DNA of 64,000 nucleotides, from contig OZ024740.1 in NCBI GenBank assembly GCA_964016885.1, forward strand, positions 271,188,001 through 271,252,000. Direction: 5' to 3'. The notes beneath the pieces were generated by a model. The model saw only the letters and a program-made list of their open reading frames with translations, searched no databases and was not told the origin of the DNA. The DNA comes from Eledone cirrhosa. Taxonomy: Eukaryota. Of this stretch, positions 1-13,520 are shown one piece after another; the stretch's first letter is position 1; the number at the start of each line of letters is the position of its first letter. Made by a program: the position numbers and the translations under genes.

Positions 1-27
1 ATTTATCTGTTCTCTCCTTATCCAAAC

Positions 28-63
28 TTTCCTGAAGAAGGACTTCTGTCCGAAACATTGAAA
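28..63 (+). ncRNA. Minimal type I hammerhead motif (stem III palindrome decayed)
   Basis: tttc CTGAAGA a GGAC-ttct-GTCC GAAA ca T T gaaa. Relative of 59269-59304. Confidence 0.65.
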
Positions 64-141
64 CCTCATCCGCTTCCTCTGTGCGTGAAACTAAATTTGC
101 CTCCTATGTTTTGCTTGTTTCATTTATTAACTACATATATT

Positions 142-255
<114 letters not shown>

Positions 256-454
256 CAACTTTGAATGAGTTGATAATACAACTATATAAAGGCAAATAAC
301 ATTTTAAAGCTTAATGTGATTTTGTAGTCCATAGCAAGATAGGTCAAAATCATTTCAGAGTTTAATCCTGTCTGCATTAATTATTAATTTAACTCCTTGT
401 TAATCTTGTTCTTCATATATATATATATATATATATATACACTTATATATACAC

Positions 455-520
<66 letters not shown>

Positions 521-524
521 TTTG

Positions 525-591
<67 letters not shown>

Positions 592-704
592 AAGTGTATA
601 TATATATACCCAAATCATAGCTCACACCCAAATCATAGCTCACACAGCACACTAAGTCCTGTTACTTTTCTGATACACTTCATATATATATATATTCAAT
701 ACAG

Positions 705-862
705 ATGCCCGACTTTCCAAAACTTACCATCAGATTGTGAAATGACCGATGTCCCCGGAGAAACCTGCTGTCAAATGCCATTCTGTAATACTACTCATAT
801 CCTCATTCCAAAGTATGGCAAGAAACATGTTGGAGGTGGTAAAGTCACTATACCATCAACAG
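705..862 (+). CDS. Exon a (internal) of VWC-repeat/ShKT protein: second half of a VWC module plus linker (R)[27 protein letters not shown]...TIPST
   Basis: acag|ATGC acceptor and AG|gttag donor. 158 nt, phase 2 to phase 1. CP..C..CCxxPxC VWC motif. The gene starts upstream of the window. Confidence 0.9.
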
Positions 863-896
863 GTTAGCGAAACAAAAACATTTTTTTATAAATATG

Positions 897-997
<101 letters not shown>

Positions 998-1013
998 TAA
1001 AATAACAGATTAA

Positions 1014-1064
1014 AGTTTAAGCAAAGAATCGCTGCTTTCACCCTTAACGGGATCTTCTGAAACT
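1014..1064 (-). ncRNA. Type I hammerhead motif, CAGAAGA core variant
   Basis: agttt CAGAAGA t CCC-gttaa-GGG t GAAA GCA..TGC T T aaact, then AATAAA. Confidence 0.7.
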
Positions 1065-1212
1065 AACAAAGTCAATCTGTAAACACAAAAGTGGATATTT
1101 CAAAAAACGTTGCAACCGGAGGAAGACAGGAAGACGATACTTTGGTTCGTAGAAACGTTCCCTGGCAAAGAACGTGAAAAAACGAATATAATACGTCATT
1201 ATTTGGAGCGGT

Positions 1213-1322
1213 TAACCAAATTCCGCCGAGGATAACTTTGCCTTTCATCCTTACGGGGTCGATAAAATAAAGTACCAGTAATGCACTGGGTAATTGCTGG
1301 CCTTGTGCCTAACGTAGAAACA
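1213..1322 (+). mobile_element. 5'-truncated SINE inserted into the left Penelope arm
   Basis: 15-bp TSD attatttggagcggt at 1198-1212 and 1323-1337. The empty site is present in the right arm (about 4014-4028). Confidence 0.9.
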
Positions 1323-1706
1323 ATTATTTGGAGCGGTGAAAAACAATTACACGCAAAGACAGAACCACGTTTATGGTATAAATGAAGTCGTAGACTAATA
1401 TTCTCTTAGGTGGTTCATAGAGACGTTCTCTGGCAATGAATGGAAAAAACGAAAATAATACGTCATATGTGGAGCGTGGAGAACAATTGCACGCAAAGAC
1501 AAAACCACGTAAATGGTATAACTGAAGTTGTAGACTAAAATTCTAACTAGGAAACCGAATGATTCTCCGCTTCAGAGTAAAGAATAAAGTAAATAAAATA
1601 CAGAGGTAATTGAAATTAAATAAATACATACACGCATCCAAATACGTACATACACAAGCATACGCGAAAACACTCGCCATAGGTATACAAATACACGCAC
1701 ATATAA

Positions 1707-1838
<132 letters not shown>

Positions 1839-4161
1839 ATAAAAATAATTAAATAAACGTATATAAATAAATAAACGTATATAACAAGCGCACACACATA
1901 CCTACATGTAAATACACAAATGTTCGGAGATGTACGTCAACCAAAACACGAAGTACACATATACACACACCCTACATACGTACGAACCCGCATACTCACA
2001 CAGGCTCAAAACTCACGTCTATACATAACCAAAAGCATATGTACCAGAATATATAAAATATACGCCATAACATATACAATCAAATATACGTACGAGAAAG
2101 TATACGTACCTTCACAAAACATACAGGTAATATATACTTACCTATGCAAATAAGTAATGGTATAAACATAACATATACTTAGCTACCACATCAAGACGTA
2201 AAATATCCGCGTATGGATCGTACTATCCGTTAGGGTATAATGTGGGGCTGTAATACAGGAAAGTTTTGTGCAATTTATGTTTACAAGCCTAAATTGCCTC
2301 AGATTTTTTGTTTAAGATGTGGTCTGTGGCGTAGAGTATTTCCAGGGCCTCAGCGGCGCAGAGGTCACATGGTCTTTTATTTCCGTTATACGATCTAGCC
2401 CTAGCTAGGATCTCCCAGTGTAACTTATATTGGGTGTGGTTGTCTTTTAGACTCCAGATATAAGCTGAAAGTGAAGTCATATTCCTTCTTAGAGGGTAAC
2501 GAAAAGAATGGGTATGCATGTAAAGACGCTGCTTGAATCTCTTGGCGGTTAACCCTATGTAGGCCCTACGGGACGTGGGTGTTTCAACCTTACATTTGTA
2601 GACAATGTTACTAGAGAGGCATTTCCCGGATAGGGGGCAATCAACCCGATTCCTACAATTACAGTTAGTACTAACTACAGCGTTGCACGTGTTCCTACGG
2701 CTAGGTAGTTTAGCTAAATTTGAAGCTGTGATGTTATGTGCAAGGTTAGGAGTCGTAGAGTAAGACATTTTAATACTATTTCTATTAAAAATGTTACTAT
2801 GTTTATGTGTAGGGGGAAATGCTTCGTAATAAGGGATAGAAAGATCTTAGCTAATGGTGTGGCCACCTCCATATTATATGGTGGGTTATACCATATAAAA
2901 ATCCACTCCGAGCAAGAGCTTCATTGTAATATGTGGAATTGTCGTTGAAAATATGCTCGTTAGTAGATAGACGGGAAAGCCTCAACGAAACGTTTCTTAC
3001 CAGGTTCTTGGTTATGTTGGGAGATCCTAGCTAGTACTAGATCGTATAACGGAAATAAAAAACTATGTGACCTCTGCGCCGCTGAGGCCCTGAAAATACT
3101 CTACGCCACAGACCACATCTTAAACAAAAAATCTGAGGTAATTTAGGCTTGTAAACATAAATTGCACAAAACTTTCCTGTATTACAGCCCCACATTATAC
3201 CCTAACGGATAGTACGATCTATACGCGGATATTTTACGTCTTGATGTGGTAGCTAAGTATATGTTATGTTTATACCATTACTTATTTGCATAGGTAAGTA
3301 TATATTACCTGTATGTTTTGTGAAGGTACGTATACTTTCTCGTACGTATATTTGATTGTATATGTTATGGCGTATATTTTATATATTCTGGTACATATGC
3401 TTTTGGTTATGTGTATACGTGAGTTTTGCGTCTGTGTGAGTATGCGGGTTCGTACGTATGTAGGGTGTGTGTATATGTGTACTTCGTGTTTTGGTTGACG
3501 TACATCTCCGAACATTTGTGTATTTACATGTAGGTATGTGTGTGCGCTTGTTATATACGTATTTATTTATATACGTTTATTTAATTATTTGTATACACGC
3601 ACACACACACGCACACACACACACACACACACACGCACACATATTTATATGTGCGTGTATTTGTATACCTATGGCGAGTGTTTTCGCGTATGCTTGTGTA
3701 TGTACGTATTTGGATGCGTGTATGTATTTATTTAATTTCAATTACCTCTGTATTTTATTTACTTTATTCTTTACTCTGAAGCGGAGAATCATTCGGTTTT
3801 CTAGTTAGAATTTTAGTCTACGACTTCAGTTATACCATTTACGTGGTTTTGTCTTTGCGTGCAATTGTTCTCCACGCTCCACATATGACGTATTATTTTC
3901 GTTTTTTCTGTTCATTGCCAGAGAACGTCTCTATGAACCACCTAAGAGAATATTAGTCTACGACTTCTTTTATACCATAAACGTGGTTCTGTCTTTGCGT
4001 GTAATTGTTTTTCACCGCTCCAAATAATGACATATTATATTCGTTTTTTCCCGTTCTTTGCCAGGGAACGTTTCCACGAACCAAAGTATCGTCTTCCTGT
4101 CTTCCTCCGGTTGCAACGTTTTTTTAAATATCCACTTCTGCGTTTACAGATTGACTTTGCT

Positions 4162-4212
4162 AGTTTCAGAAGATCCCGTTAAGGGTGAAAGCAGCAATTC
4201 TTTGCTTAAACT
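4162..4212 (+). ncRNA. Type I hammerhead motif, CAGAAGA core variant (further copies 21474-21522 minus, 23519-23569 minus, 24265-24315 plus)
   Basis: Same fold as 1014-1064. Stem I agttt/aaact. Confidence 0.7.
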
Positions 4213-4380
4213 TTAATCTGTTATTTTAATAAATATTTGGTCTACGGTTCTTATATATTTGATATATATTTATCCTTATCGAGCCCTCCTTGGATTTTAG
4301 TCTTCAAATTTATTATTATTACTATATATATATACAATGATATTAAATAAATGGAAACTATATTTATAAAACCATATTTA

Positions 4381-4442
4381 TTCTATTATATATATTTCAA
4401 GGGTACCAAAATTTAATTTTGGTACGCTATCATCAGATAAAA
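4381..4442 (-). ncRNA. Type I hammerhead ribozyme motif
   Basis: ttttat CTGATGA t AG c GTACCAAAAT..ATTTTGGTAC c CT t GAAA tatata T A atagaa, with overlapping AATAAA. Confidence 0.8.
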
Positions 4443-4757
4443 TACGAAGTGTGTTTTATAACTCTTGACATAACCAAGGAGAATATACCTTAACGGTTCA
4501 AGCTATCCTTGGAAAGTGAAGGGAAAAAAGAAGAAAAGTCAAATATTTCAAATTATTAAGATGAGTATGGAAATGAGGTTTAAGTAAAAGGGCTGAAAAA
4601 ACGTTATTTTAGACGCTATGGAAAATTTAATTAATTATGTATTATTATATATTAATATCATTGTATATTATACTTCAGAAAAAAACTGTTGAGTGCTCTG
4701 AATCAGTTATAAACATTTATATTTGTTGAATTACCAACAAATTGAATATCCCTTCTG

Positions 4758-4825
<68 letters not shown>

Positions 4826-5640
4826 TACATACATAAATACATACATACATAAATACATACATATATACATACATACGTACTTACATACATTTAAGCATGT
4901 TTCGATATTGACCTATCTTTCAAGCAGTCTTTAAAATGCTTTAAAACATACATACATACATAAAAATTCTGCATTTAATAACTGCATGTACACATGTACA
5001 GATAAAATGCACATGCACATATACATCTCAAAACATCCACATCCACACATACAATAACATCCATACCTGCACACACATGTATGCATATCTATCTAGTTGG
5101 TGTTGTGTAAATTCCAATGTTGTATCTATGTTAGAAACCGACTCTTTCTCTATTGGCAAACATTTGTGAAAGTATAAAACCAGATGAACATACATACATA
5201 TAGATTCTACATCTAATAACTGCATGTACACGTGTACAGATATAGACCATATGTACATGTACACATATAACTTAAAACATATACATCCACACATACAATA
5301 GCACCCATACCTGCACACACATGCATGCTTGCAGACATGCATATATATCTACCTAGCTAATGTTATTTAAATTCCAATGTGAGAGTCTTGTGTCTATGTT
5401 AGAAACCGACTCTCTCTCTCTCTCTATTGGTAAAAATTTATAAAATTATAAAGCCAGAACATATATACATACATATGCTATGTACTCGACCGAATGGAAG
5501 ATATCTTCCCAAGAGAGATTAAACATCAATTCGAATGTGACAAATCTAAATACTGTATACATTTTTCTCTGATATTCTACCCGCTCAAACATATCTACCG
5601 TGCGAAATTTATAGTATATGTTTATGTTTTTACCTATCTA

Positions 5641-5828
5641 CAAGGGTCGGATGAAAAGTTTATAAGCCGATCAAGATATTTTCATGGAATGACAAAATAA
5701 GGTTTATTTTTCAACATAGAAAGAAACAATGCAGTTATTAATAAGAGTTGAAATTAATGCCAGTAAGATTTCACAGCACTAGCATCAAACCTTCATAGTC
5801 AACCTATGAACTTTTCAGCCGACCCTCG
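5641..5828. mobile_element. Mariner-type MITE (copies about 11751-11925, 12800-12996, 26020-26210, 51636-51823)
   Basis: About 30-bp TIRs CGAGGGTCGGCTGAAAAGTTCATAGG with TA TSD. Confidence 0.8.
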
Positions 5829-6340
5829 TACTATCAATGCTTTGCTAAATATATATATAAACAGGTTGTTTCCAATTCACTGTGTAAATTTCCCATTTCC
5901 TAAATCTCTCTATTTTCTTTTAGAAAAACCAATACACATACGCTTTTAAAAAATGCAAATAGAAATCATTATGCATTTTACATTCATAACGCCATTTTAT
6001 TTAATTCTTTGAACATTGCTATGAATTAAAAAGAATGGAAAAGATTTTTTTACTTAAGATACTATACGGTTTATGGTCCATATATTGATCAGTATTTTTT
6101 TATTATCGCAAGTGAAAAAAATCATTTAAAATATGAAAGAAAAACATTTTGGCAAAGAATTCTTTCTGTAGCTATTTATAGCACAGATATTAAGGAAACT
6201 TGATCAGTAGATGATAACATACTGGCTGGTCGAACATAAACCATAACTATTACTGACTGAAAATACTATTGATTAAAAATGAATAATAAAATAGTATTGT
6301 AATATATATTATATATGCATATTTCCTTAATATTATTCAG

Positions 6341-6455
6341 CTGGTTGCATTTATGGTGGCAAGTTTTACAAAGAAGGCGAAAACTGGAGAGACGGCTGCA
6401 AATATTTTTGTGAATGTGCAGATGGAAAGAGAGGAATCTATATTTGCAAAGAAAG
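6341..6455 (+). CDS. Exon b: first half of VWC module AGCIYGGKFYKEGENWRDGCKYFCECADGKRGIYICKER
   Basis: ttcag| acceptor and AG|gtaaat donor. 115 nt, phase 1 to 2. C..G..Y..GE.W..GC...C.C VWC signature. Absent from the ORF track. Confidence 0.93.
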
Positions 6456-6574
6456 GTAAATTATATATATGTGAATAATTATTCTTACAGTTACTTGCTT
6501 TTCCTCGTGTCTCTAGCTTACAGTTTCTAAATATCTGACTTACATTAACTACCTGACCATTTTAAATCAAAAGT

Positions 6575-6850
6575 CTGTCTCGAGCCCGGAGGTTCATCGG
6601 GCAGATGTCTATCCCACTTTCCGTGACATGAAACGACTGAGAGTATATGACCCACCCCTGGACAGGACGCCAGTCCATCACATGGTTAAACTCCCAGCTA
6701 TTGCTGGTACTCGTTCTCAGCAGAGTATACTGGAGCAACGTGAAATGAAGTATTTTATTCAAGAACACAACACGCAATCCAGTCCAGGATTCGAACCTAC
6801 GATATTATGACCATAAGTTCAACACTCTTACCACTTGGTCATTCACCTTC
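6575..6850 (-). mobile_element. tRNA-derived SINE with CORE-like and V-domain-like segments (copies 7600-7875, 24730-24940)
   Basis: Minus strand: GGTTCGAATCC B box, CTTGA..AA.ACTTCATTTCACGTTGCTCCAG, then GATGGACTGGCGTCCTGTCCAGGGG. Confidence 0.75.
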
Positions 6851-7405
6851 ACTGACCATTTTAAGACACTCTTTAAATTTGTTACATTGTTTTTTGTTTT
6901 GTTGTTTTTGTTGTTTTTATTTTTTTGTTTGTTTTTTGTTTGTTTTTGTTTTTGTTTTGTTTTTGTTTTGGGGGGAAGGGGGTATGTTTATTATTTTTAA
7001 TTAAATATAACGTTTGTAAAACATTAATTTTCAAAGAACCGGTACAATGCTGAAGAAAAATAAGAAGGGCAAATAATGACAAATAAAACAGAACAAAGTA
7101 ATGTTTTACCCAGTATATTTCAACATGATATTTCAGAGCTATAATCGTCTTTTCAAATGTGGAGCTGAAACAGTTCAAAACAAAACGAACGATTGATGTG
7201 TTCCTCCTTAAGATGGTAATAGCCCTGAAATATCATGCTGAAATACACTGGGCAAAATATTACATTGTTTTGTTTTATTTGTCATCATTTGCCCTTAGTA
7301 TTTTTCTACCGAATTGTACCAGCTTTTTAAAAATTATCGGTTTTGTATTATGTATCTCTCAATGCTTCGTTTTACTTTACTCTACTTTTTAATTTCTGTA
7401 CTCAG

Positions 7406-7542
7406 ATGTACGAATTTGGGATTAATACCTAAGCACTGTGCAGCAATAAATGACCCTCATGATGACTGTTGCAGACAAATGGTCTGTTCAAACCTCACAG
7501 TACCTGTCAGTACTATAGTTACCCATAGTACATTGACTATAG
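7406..7542 (+). CDS. Exon c: second half of VWC module CTNLGLIPKHCAAINDPHDDCCRQMVC plus Thr/Ser linker
   Basis: ctcag| acceptor and G|gtaagt donor. 137 nt, phase 2 to 1. Confidence 0.92.
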
Positions 7543-8762
7543 GTAAGTTTTCGTGCTATAAATCATATTTTCTCTCATATCACTTGTCTAAAGTATGTCT
7601 CAAGCTTGGAGGCTCATCAGGCCAGTGTTTATCGCCATTTTCCATGGCGTTAACCGACTGAGAGTACAAGTCTCCTACTCTACCCCCCCCCCCCTCCTGG
7701 ACAGGACACCAGTCCATCGTAGGGTTAAATCTCCAGCTATTGCTGGTGCTCATTTTCAGCTCAATATACTGGAGCAACGTGAAATGAAGAGTTTTGCTCA
7801 AGTGTTTTGCTGAAGAATAGAACACATTATGATCGTAAGATCAACACTTTTACCACTAGGTCATGCGCCTCCACTGACCGTCCTGAAACACACTTCGAAT
7901 ACCCAAAATTAAATGACAAAACACTTTCTTCCCTTTTATTTTCCGTGCTATAAATCATAGTTTCTCTCATATTACTAGCTTTATACTTAATAAAAAAAAT
8001 ATTAATCTAGAAAGTTACAAGTACAATTTAAGTGTGACCTCATTTGATGTGTTATTGATACAAATAACTTGAAATTTTCAGATTCATTTAAATGTTGAAC
8101 CAATGCGTTAGAAATACAAAGCACTTTATAATAGTATCTGTTATAAAACTATCATTTAGAAAGCTATCTTTTTATAAAACTATCTTTCATAAATATCATT
8201 ATAAAGAGGATCTTCAGAGCAACATAATGATGACTTTTACAAGTAAATGGTTTGCTCGTGCATCAGACATATGGCATTATAATATACAATACAGATAACT
8301 AACGTTAGGTGCTCGTGGCAAAACAAACAATAACATTTATGTGAAAATCTACAACGATAGATATTACAATAGCTATTACAAAAGATATAACATATCAATA
8401 TTTCAGTTAATGACTTACTGTCTCGAGAAACCTAGTTTACGTACTTTTGAGTTATCATTTTACCTTTATGAAGAGAGCTTCCTTATAAAAGACACTTTTA
8501 TTATAATAACCTTTATATATATATAAAAACGTTTGTAAAAATACTTTTATAAAACAATACATTTTCTTTATATCTAGATAATAGTTTTTAACGTCTTTAT
8601 TAGAACGTGTAAACAAGCTGGAAATATATAATCTGAGTTCATTGCTCAGACTCTTTCTCTCCTTAACTCTACCTCTATCTCTCTCATTGTGAGTATATAT
8701 ATATATATATATATACATGCATGTGTGTGTGTATGTATATACACATATATACATATATACCT

Positions 8763-8843
<81 letters not shown>

Positions 8844-8952
8844 GTGGATTGATAATAAGATGAAGAATTTTGGAGTAACATTATTATTTGTTTTACACAT
8901 ATCTCAACAGGAAAGAGATGAAAAGAAAAATGATGAAAGAAAAGCTAAAGCG

Positions 8953-9009
<57 letters not shown>

Positions 9010-9011
<2 letters not shown>

Positions 9012-10070
9012 GAAAGTGAGGTTTTTTTACAAAATGAAAAATAACCGAGGTGTCCTACACGAGTGAAAGTATAAAGAAAAAAAAGATGAAATCGAAAATG
9101 CAACTGGAGTCTTATTTTTTTTTAAATATATATATTTATTTGGTTCCTTTACCGGTTTCGCAGTTCTTCTGCTTTTCAAAAGTAGGGTTGAGATGGAGGG
9201 TCAGTGGTTTTTCTCACATCTGGTTGGTCTCTGAATGTTACTTATTTTATATGGAAAAAGTGGCTCGAAATGCCAGGTTTTTAGAGAAGTAATTTGATTG
9301 GTTGGTCAATAATTATAATAAATTTTGCGCCAGTTCGCGTTACAAAGTTCTTCAAACAAGGAGGGGGTTACAGGTTGTTTTTTTCATATATGAGTGTTTG
9401 AATTTCTTTTTACTTAAAAAAAAAGGGGCTCACGAAGGCTTTTTTTTTTTTTTTTAATAAACGTAATTTGATTGGTTATAAATGGCTGTCACGTGAACAA
9501 GTTTTCATTAAATTTTCGCGCCCTTATTTGGAAATCTATTCTGTAGCCTTTTTAGAGAATTTTATGACAAGCAAAAGATAATGGTCAAGAGAAATTGGAT
9601 GGGAGAATTGTTCTGGTTCAGTGAATATGGTTAGTTCACTGGGGTGTCAGAATTCAGATTTTCTAGTGAATAAAGAAAGTAAAGACCATTATCTTTTGCT
9701 TGTCATAAAATTCTCTAAAAAGGCTACAGAATAGATTTCCAAATAAGGGCGCGAAAATTTAATGAAAACTTGTTCACGTGACAGCCATAATTTCATTTAT
9801 AACCAATCAAATTACGTTTATTAAAAAAAAAAGCCTTCATGAGCCCTTTTTTTAAGTAAAAAGAAATTCAAACACACACACACACACACACACACACAAG
9901 CACACACACACAAGCACACAAATAAACATACATATCTTTACTTTCTTTATTTTAATAGAAAATCTGAATTCTGACACCCCAGCGAACTAACCATATTCAC
10001 TGAACCAGAACACTTCTCCCATCCAATTTCTCTTGACCATTATCTTTTGCTTGTCATAAAATTCTCTAGA
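9010..10070 (-). mobile_element. U3-A8 family pseudo-LTR with nested inverted duplications
   Basis: 9010-9200 matches 22686-22869 and 41986-42170. 9685-9875 and 9935-10068 are reverse complements of parts of 9397-9685. Confidence 0.7.
9147..9182 (-). ncRNA. Minimal hammerhead motif with U3-A8 core (copies 22822-22857 minus, 42113-42148 minus, 42200-42235 plus)
   Basis: ctt TTGAAAA GCAG-aagaa-CTGC GAAA ccgg T A aag, then AATAAA. Confidence 0.7.
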
Positions 10071-10524
10071 TCTGTCATTTTAATGAATTTTAATTACCTT
10101 TTTCTGATATCTGAAAAGAAACAGCAATTTTAACAAAACATATTAAGCAACACTAATAATAAATCAAAAAACATAAAAATAAACAAGCTTTTGACGGTTT
10201 TATAGATATTTCAAAATTATGATGCTATGATGCTAGGTGTTTCCATTATTTTGTCCAACCCCTGTATATAAAAACAACAAGTGTAAGTCAACAGGTTAAA
10301 AGTAACATCGTTTATTCATATTCGCTGCTATATATCAGTGAATATGAATAAACGAAGTTTATCTTGACCTGTTGACTTACACTTCTTGTATTTATAATAC
10401 TCCGGAGTAAACAGACACACCTGCGCACTTCGTTGAGTGCTCTAACCTGCATACTGAAGTGTTGGTAAACAACCAACACATACTCAAATTTTATATATAT
10501 ATATATATATCTATGTATGTATAT

Positions 10525-10636
<112 letters not shown>

Positions 10637-10822
10637 CGAAGGCGGTGTGGTAAGGAACCAGATGGACCATAACGCACCAGAGTACTCAATACTTTAGTCC
10701 AGAAATAGCCGTCGAAACGGCTTGAGCTCTGCCGTCCGTCCAGGTCAAACTTTTTCCTATATATATATATATTGAAAGAGTAAAGAATAACATGGTCAAC
10801 AGTACAAAAATGGGTTTTATTT

Positions 10823-10934
10823 ACAGTCTAACAATTGTTTCACTGATCAAGTTGTCTAAAAATTGCTGAACACATGAAGCTGTGCCACTCAATTTTAAAT
10901 ACGTTGTTAGCTTAACCAGATCATCAGATGATAT
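10823..10934 (-). ncRNA. Type I hammerhead motif with long stem II and degenerate stem I
   Basis: CTGATGA t CTGGTTAAG...CTTGATCAG t GAAA caattg T T agactgt aAATAAA. Confidence 0.6.
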
Positions 10935-11106
10935 TCAATATTATTATTCCAAGATAAACTTAGATAGGAATACAAGAGAACTCATAAACTCGCCACCTAC
11001 GAAAACCTCTTGTTGAGTCAAACAACGCCGTACGCTAAAAAATTCCACAATACGAAGTATCCACAACCTCTAACTAGATTACCTATAACGATATTTTGTT
11101 ATCCCT

Positions 11107-11160
<54 letters not shown>

Positions 11161-11163
11161 TGT

Positions 11164-11218
<55 letters not shown>

Positions 11219-11345
11219 GTATTCTCTAAATGTGACTAAAATGTTTGCACCTAAAATACCTGGCGAAAGTTTGGTGGCTTTATAATCAAACTATTACGTT
11301 AAAAGATTAATATATCAGAACTAACATTTTTTTTCTTCTGCACAG

Positions 11346-11460
11346 GAAAATGTTACTACAAGGGCCAGTCATACTCGAAAGGAGAGAGTTGGGAAGATGA
11401 CTGCAGTTTGAAATGTACATGTGAAGATGAGACTACAGGTTATTATAGCTGTATTGATAG
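11346..11460 (+). CDS. Exon d: first half of VWC module GKCYYKGQSYSKGESWEDDCSLKCTCEDETTGYYSCIDR
   Basis: Polypyrimidine tract plus cacag| acceptor, AG|gtgagt donor. 115 nt, phase 1 to 2. Confidence 0.93.
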
Positions 11461-11650
11461 GTGAGTGTTCCTTGTGTTTAAAAAGTTCCTCGAGCAATCG
11501 TATCGTCTCAAATCCCATCCACATTACACAGCAATGTGTCGTGAGCAAGTGTCTTCTACCCTAGCTGCTCATCGAACAAACCCTTTAAGAGAAGGTTTAG
11601 AAAAACGAAACTATGTAGATGTTTTTTGTATAATACAAACACCTACGCAA

Positions 11651-11738
<88 letters not shown>

Positions 11739-13079
11739 GTGTGTGTGTGTGTAAAAAGTTCATAGGCTGTCCAAGACACTCTCATAGTAAGACCAGATGA
11801 GGTTTATTCCTCAAACATAACCCCTGGAAAGAAACAATGCAGTTATTAATAACAAGAGTTGAAATTAATGCATAAAAGATTTCGCAGCACTAGCATCACT
11901 CGTTCATAGTCGGTCTATGCACTCGTATATATGAATATGTATATTTCGGAATTACCAGAGACCATTTGCATTGTGTGTACAGTGAGAATTAAATGAAGCT
12001 CTAAATGTGATGTCTTCATTAAAATATAATTCAAGTAGAGCAGCCTGAGGTGAACAGTAGCGAGAGGTAGGATTCTAGAGTTACAGGAAATCCTGCGTAG
12101 TATTAACGGAAGATGGAAATACTAGCCAAGAAAACGAAAGAGTATATCTGCAAATTAGAATAGAAGGAAAGAAAGAAAAGAAAAGAAAGAGAGAAAGGGA
12201 GTGAAAAAGGAAAAGGAAAAACAAAGTGAAAATGAAACCTTTTACGAGATCGATAACAATTATATTAGTGTCCATATTCAGCCAAAACCTATCCCCATAA
12301 AAGCACAGAAGCCAGCTCTGACATAGCCAATAGGTGGCTAACTGGCTATCAAGCTAGCAAGTACTGATAGTCAAAGCGGCTGGAGTGTGCCCAGCTGTCA
12401 GATCATGTTGGTGAGGGACAAGAAAGCTTGACTGGAATTTAAGGTTAATGGTTAATGCAAGAAATCATCATTTGCTTTCCTGCAGCAGTTGGTGGAGATG
12501 ACAGATTTGCTGTAGGGCAAGTTTTGGACAAACAATGTTCTTCGTTTTTGCAACATAGTTTTTCAGTTGTGTGATAGATATGAAGGAACATACCAAGGAA
12601 GGGGGCATTGAATACCCTGATAAATTAACCTCGATGGTATTTGAATTCAGAACTTATAAGGTCTTAGTATTGCGAAGCTAACACTTTTGTCAATCCATCA
12701 GCATATACATATGCATAATATTTACATGAGAGGGTGCGTGTGTGTATACGTCTGTGTAGAGCATGGAATTCTTATGTATATTGTGCCATAGTAAATATAA
12801 GGGTCGACTGAAAGGTCCATAGACTGACCAAGACACTCTCTTAGAATAAACAAATGAGGTTTATTTTTAAACATAGTCCCTGGAAAGAAACAATGCAGTT
12901 ATTAATAAGAAACATTGAAATTAATGCATACAAGATTTCACAGTTCTAGCATCACTCCTTCATAGTCAACCTATGAACGTTTCAGCTGACCCTCGTACGA
13001 GTATGTATAATATTTATATGTCAGGGTTCGCGCGCGTGTGTGAATCTGCATAAAGAATCGAATTCTTATGTATAATAAT

Positions 13080-13520
13080 AAAAAGAATACCGGGGTTTGT
13101 CCGACCGCTTCCTCTTCGCACCAGTCACCGTCGAGACCGCAGGCGTTCTTGAACCCCGTACTGCCGAGCTCCTCCGCAAGATCGGGGTGTCAGCGGCCCG
13201 TTTGAGGAAGGAGCCCCGCTTGGTTGGGTGGCTGTTGCAGCGTGTGTCACTGGCCAAGGTCCGTGGGAATGCTTTTGCCGTCTTGTCCGTGGGGCGCAGC
13301 ACTCTTGCCTCCTTGCCCTAAGCCCAATCACCCTACCCCCTCACCCCCTCTCTTCTGCGACACCAGAGCTCTTGCCATCCCCTCCTTTTCCCGTTCTTTT
13401 TCTTTTTTCTTTCTCTCTTTTTTTCTATATTTCCCAATTATTTCTTTTCTTTTGTTTCCCCCCCCCCCCCCTCCTTTTGTTCTTACTAAATAAGGTTTGT
13501 TTTTGCTCTTGAATAAATAA
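13080..13520 (+). mobile_element. CRE-clade 3' end fragment
   Basis: FLFAPVTVETAGVLEP..WLLQRVSLAKVRGNAFAVLS plus pyrimidine-rich 3' UTR. Similar to 34020-34380. Confidence 0.82.

Noticed and set aside
7100-7255. Hammerhead-like remnants in the inverted repeat 7026-7330
   Set aside because: Cores and stems too degenerate (CTTAAGA; TTGAAAA with unpaired stem II) to call.
8150-8225. CTGAAGA on minus strand (also 22127 plus and CTGACGA at 41214 plus)
   Set aside because: Could not build stems I-III. Possibly decayed ribozymes, not counted.
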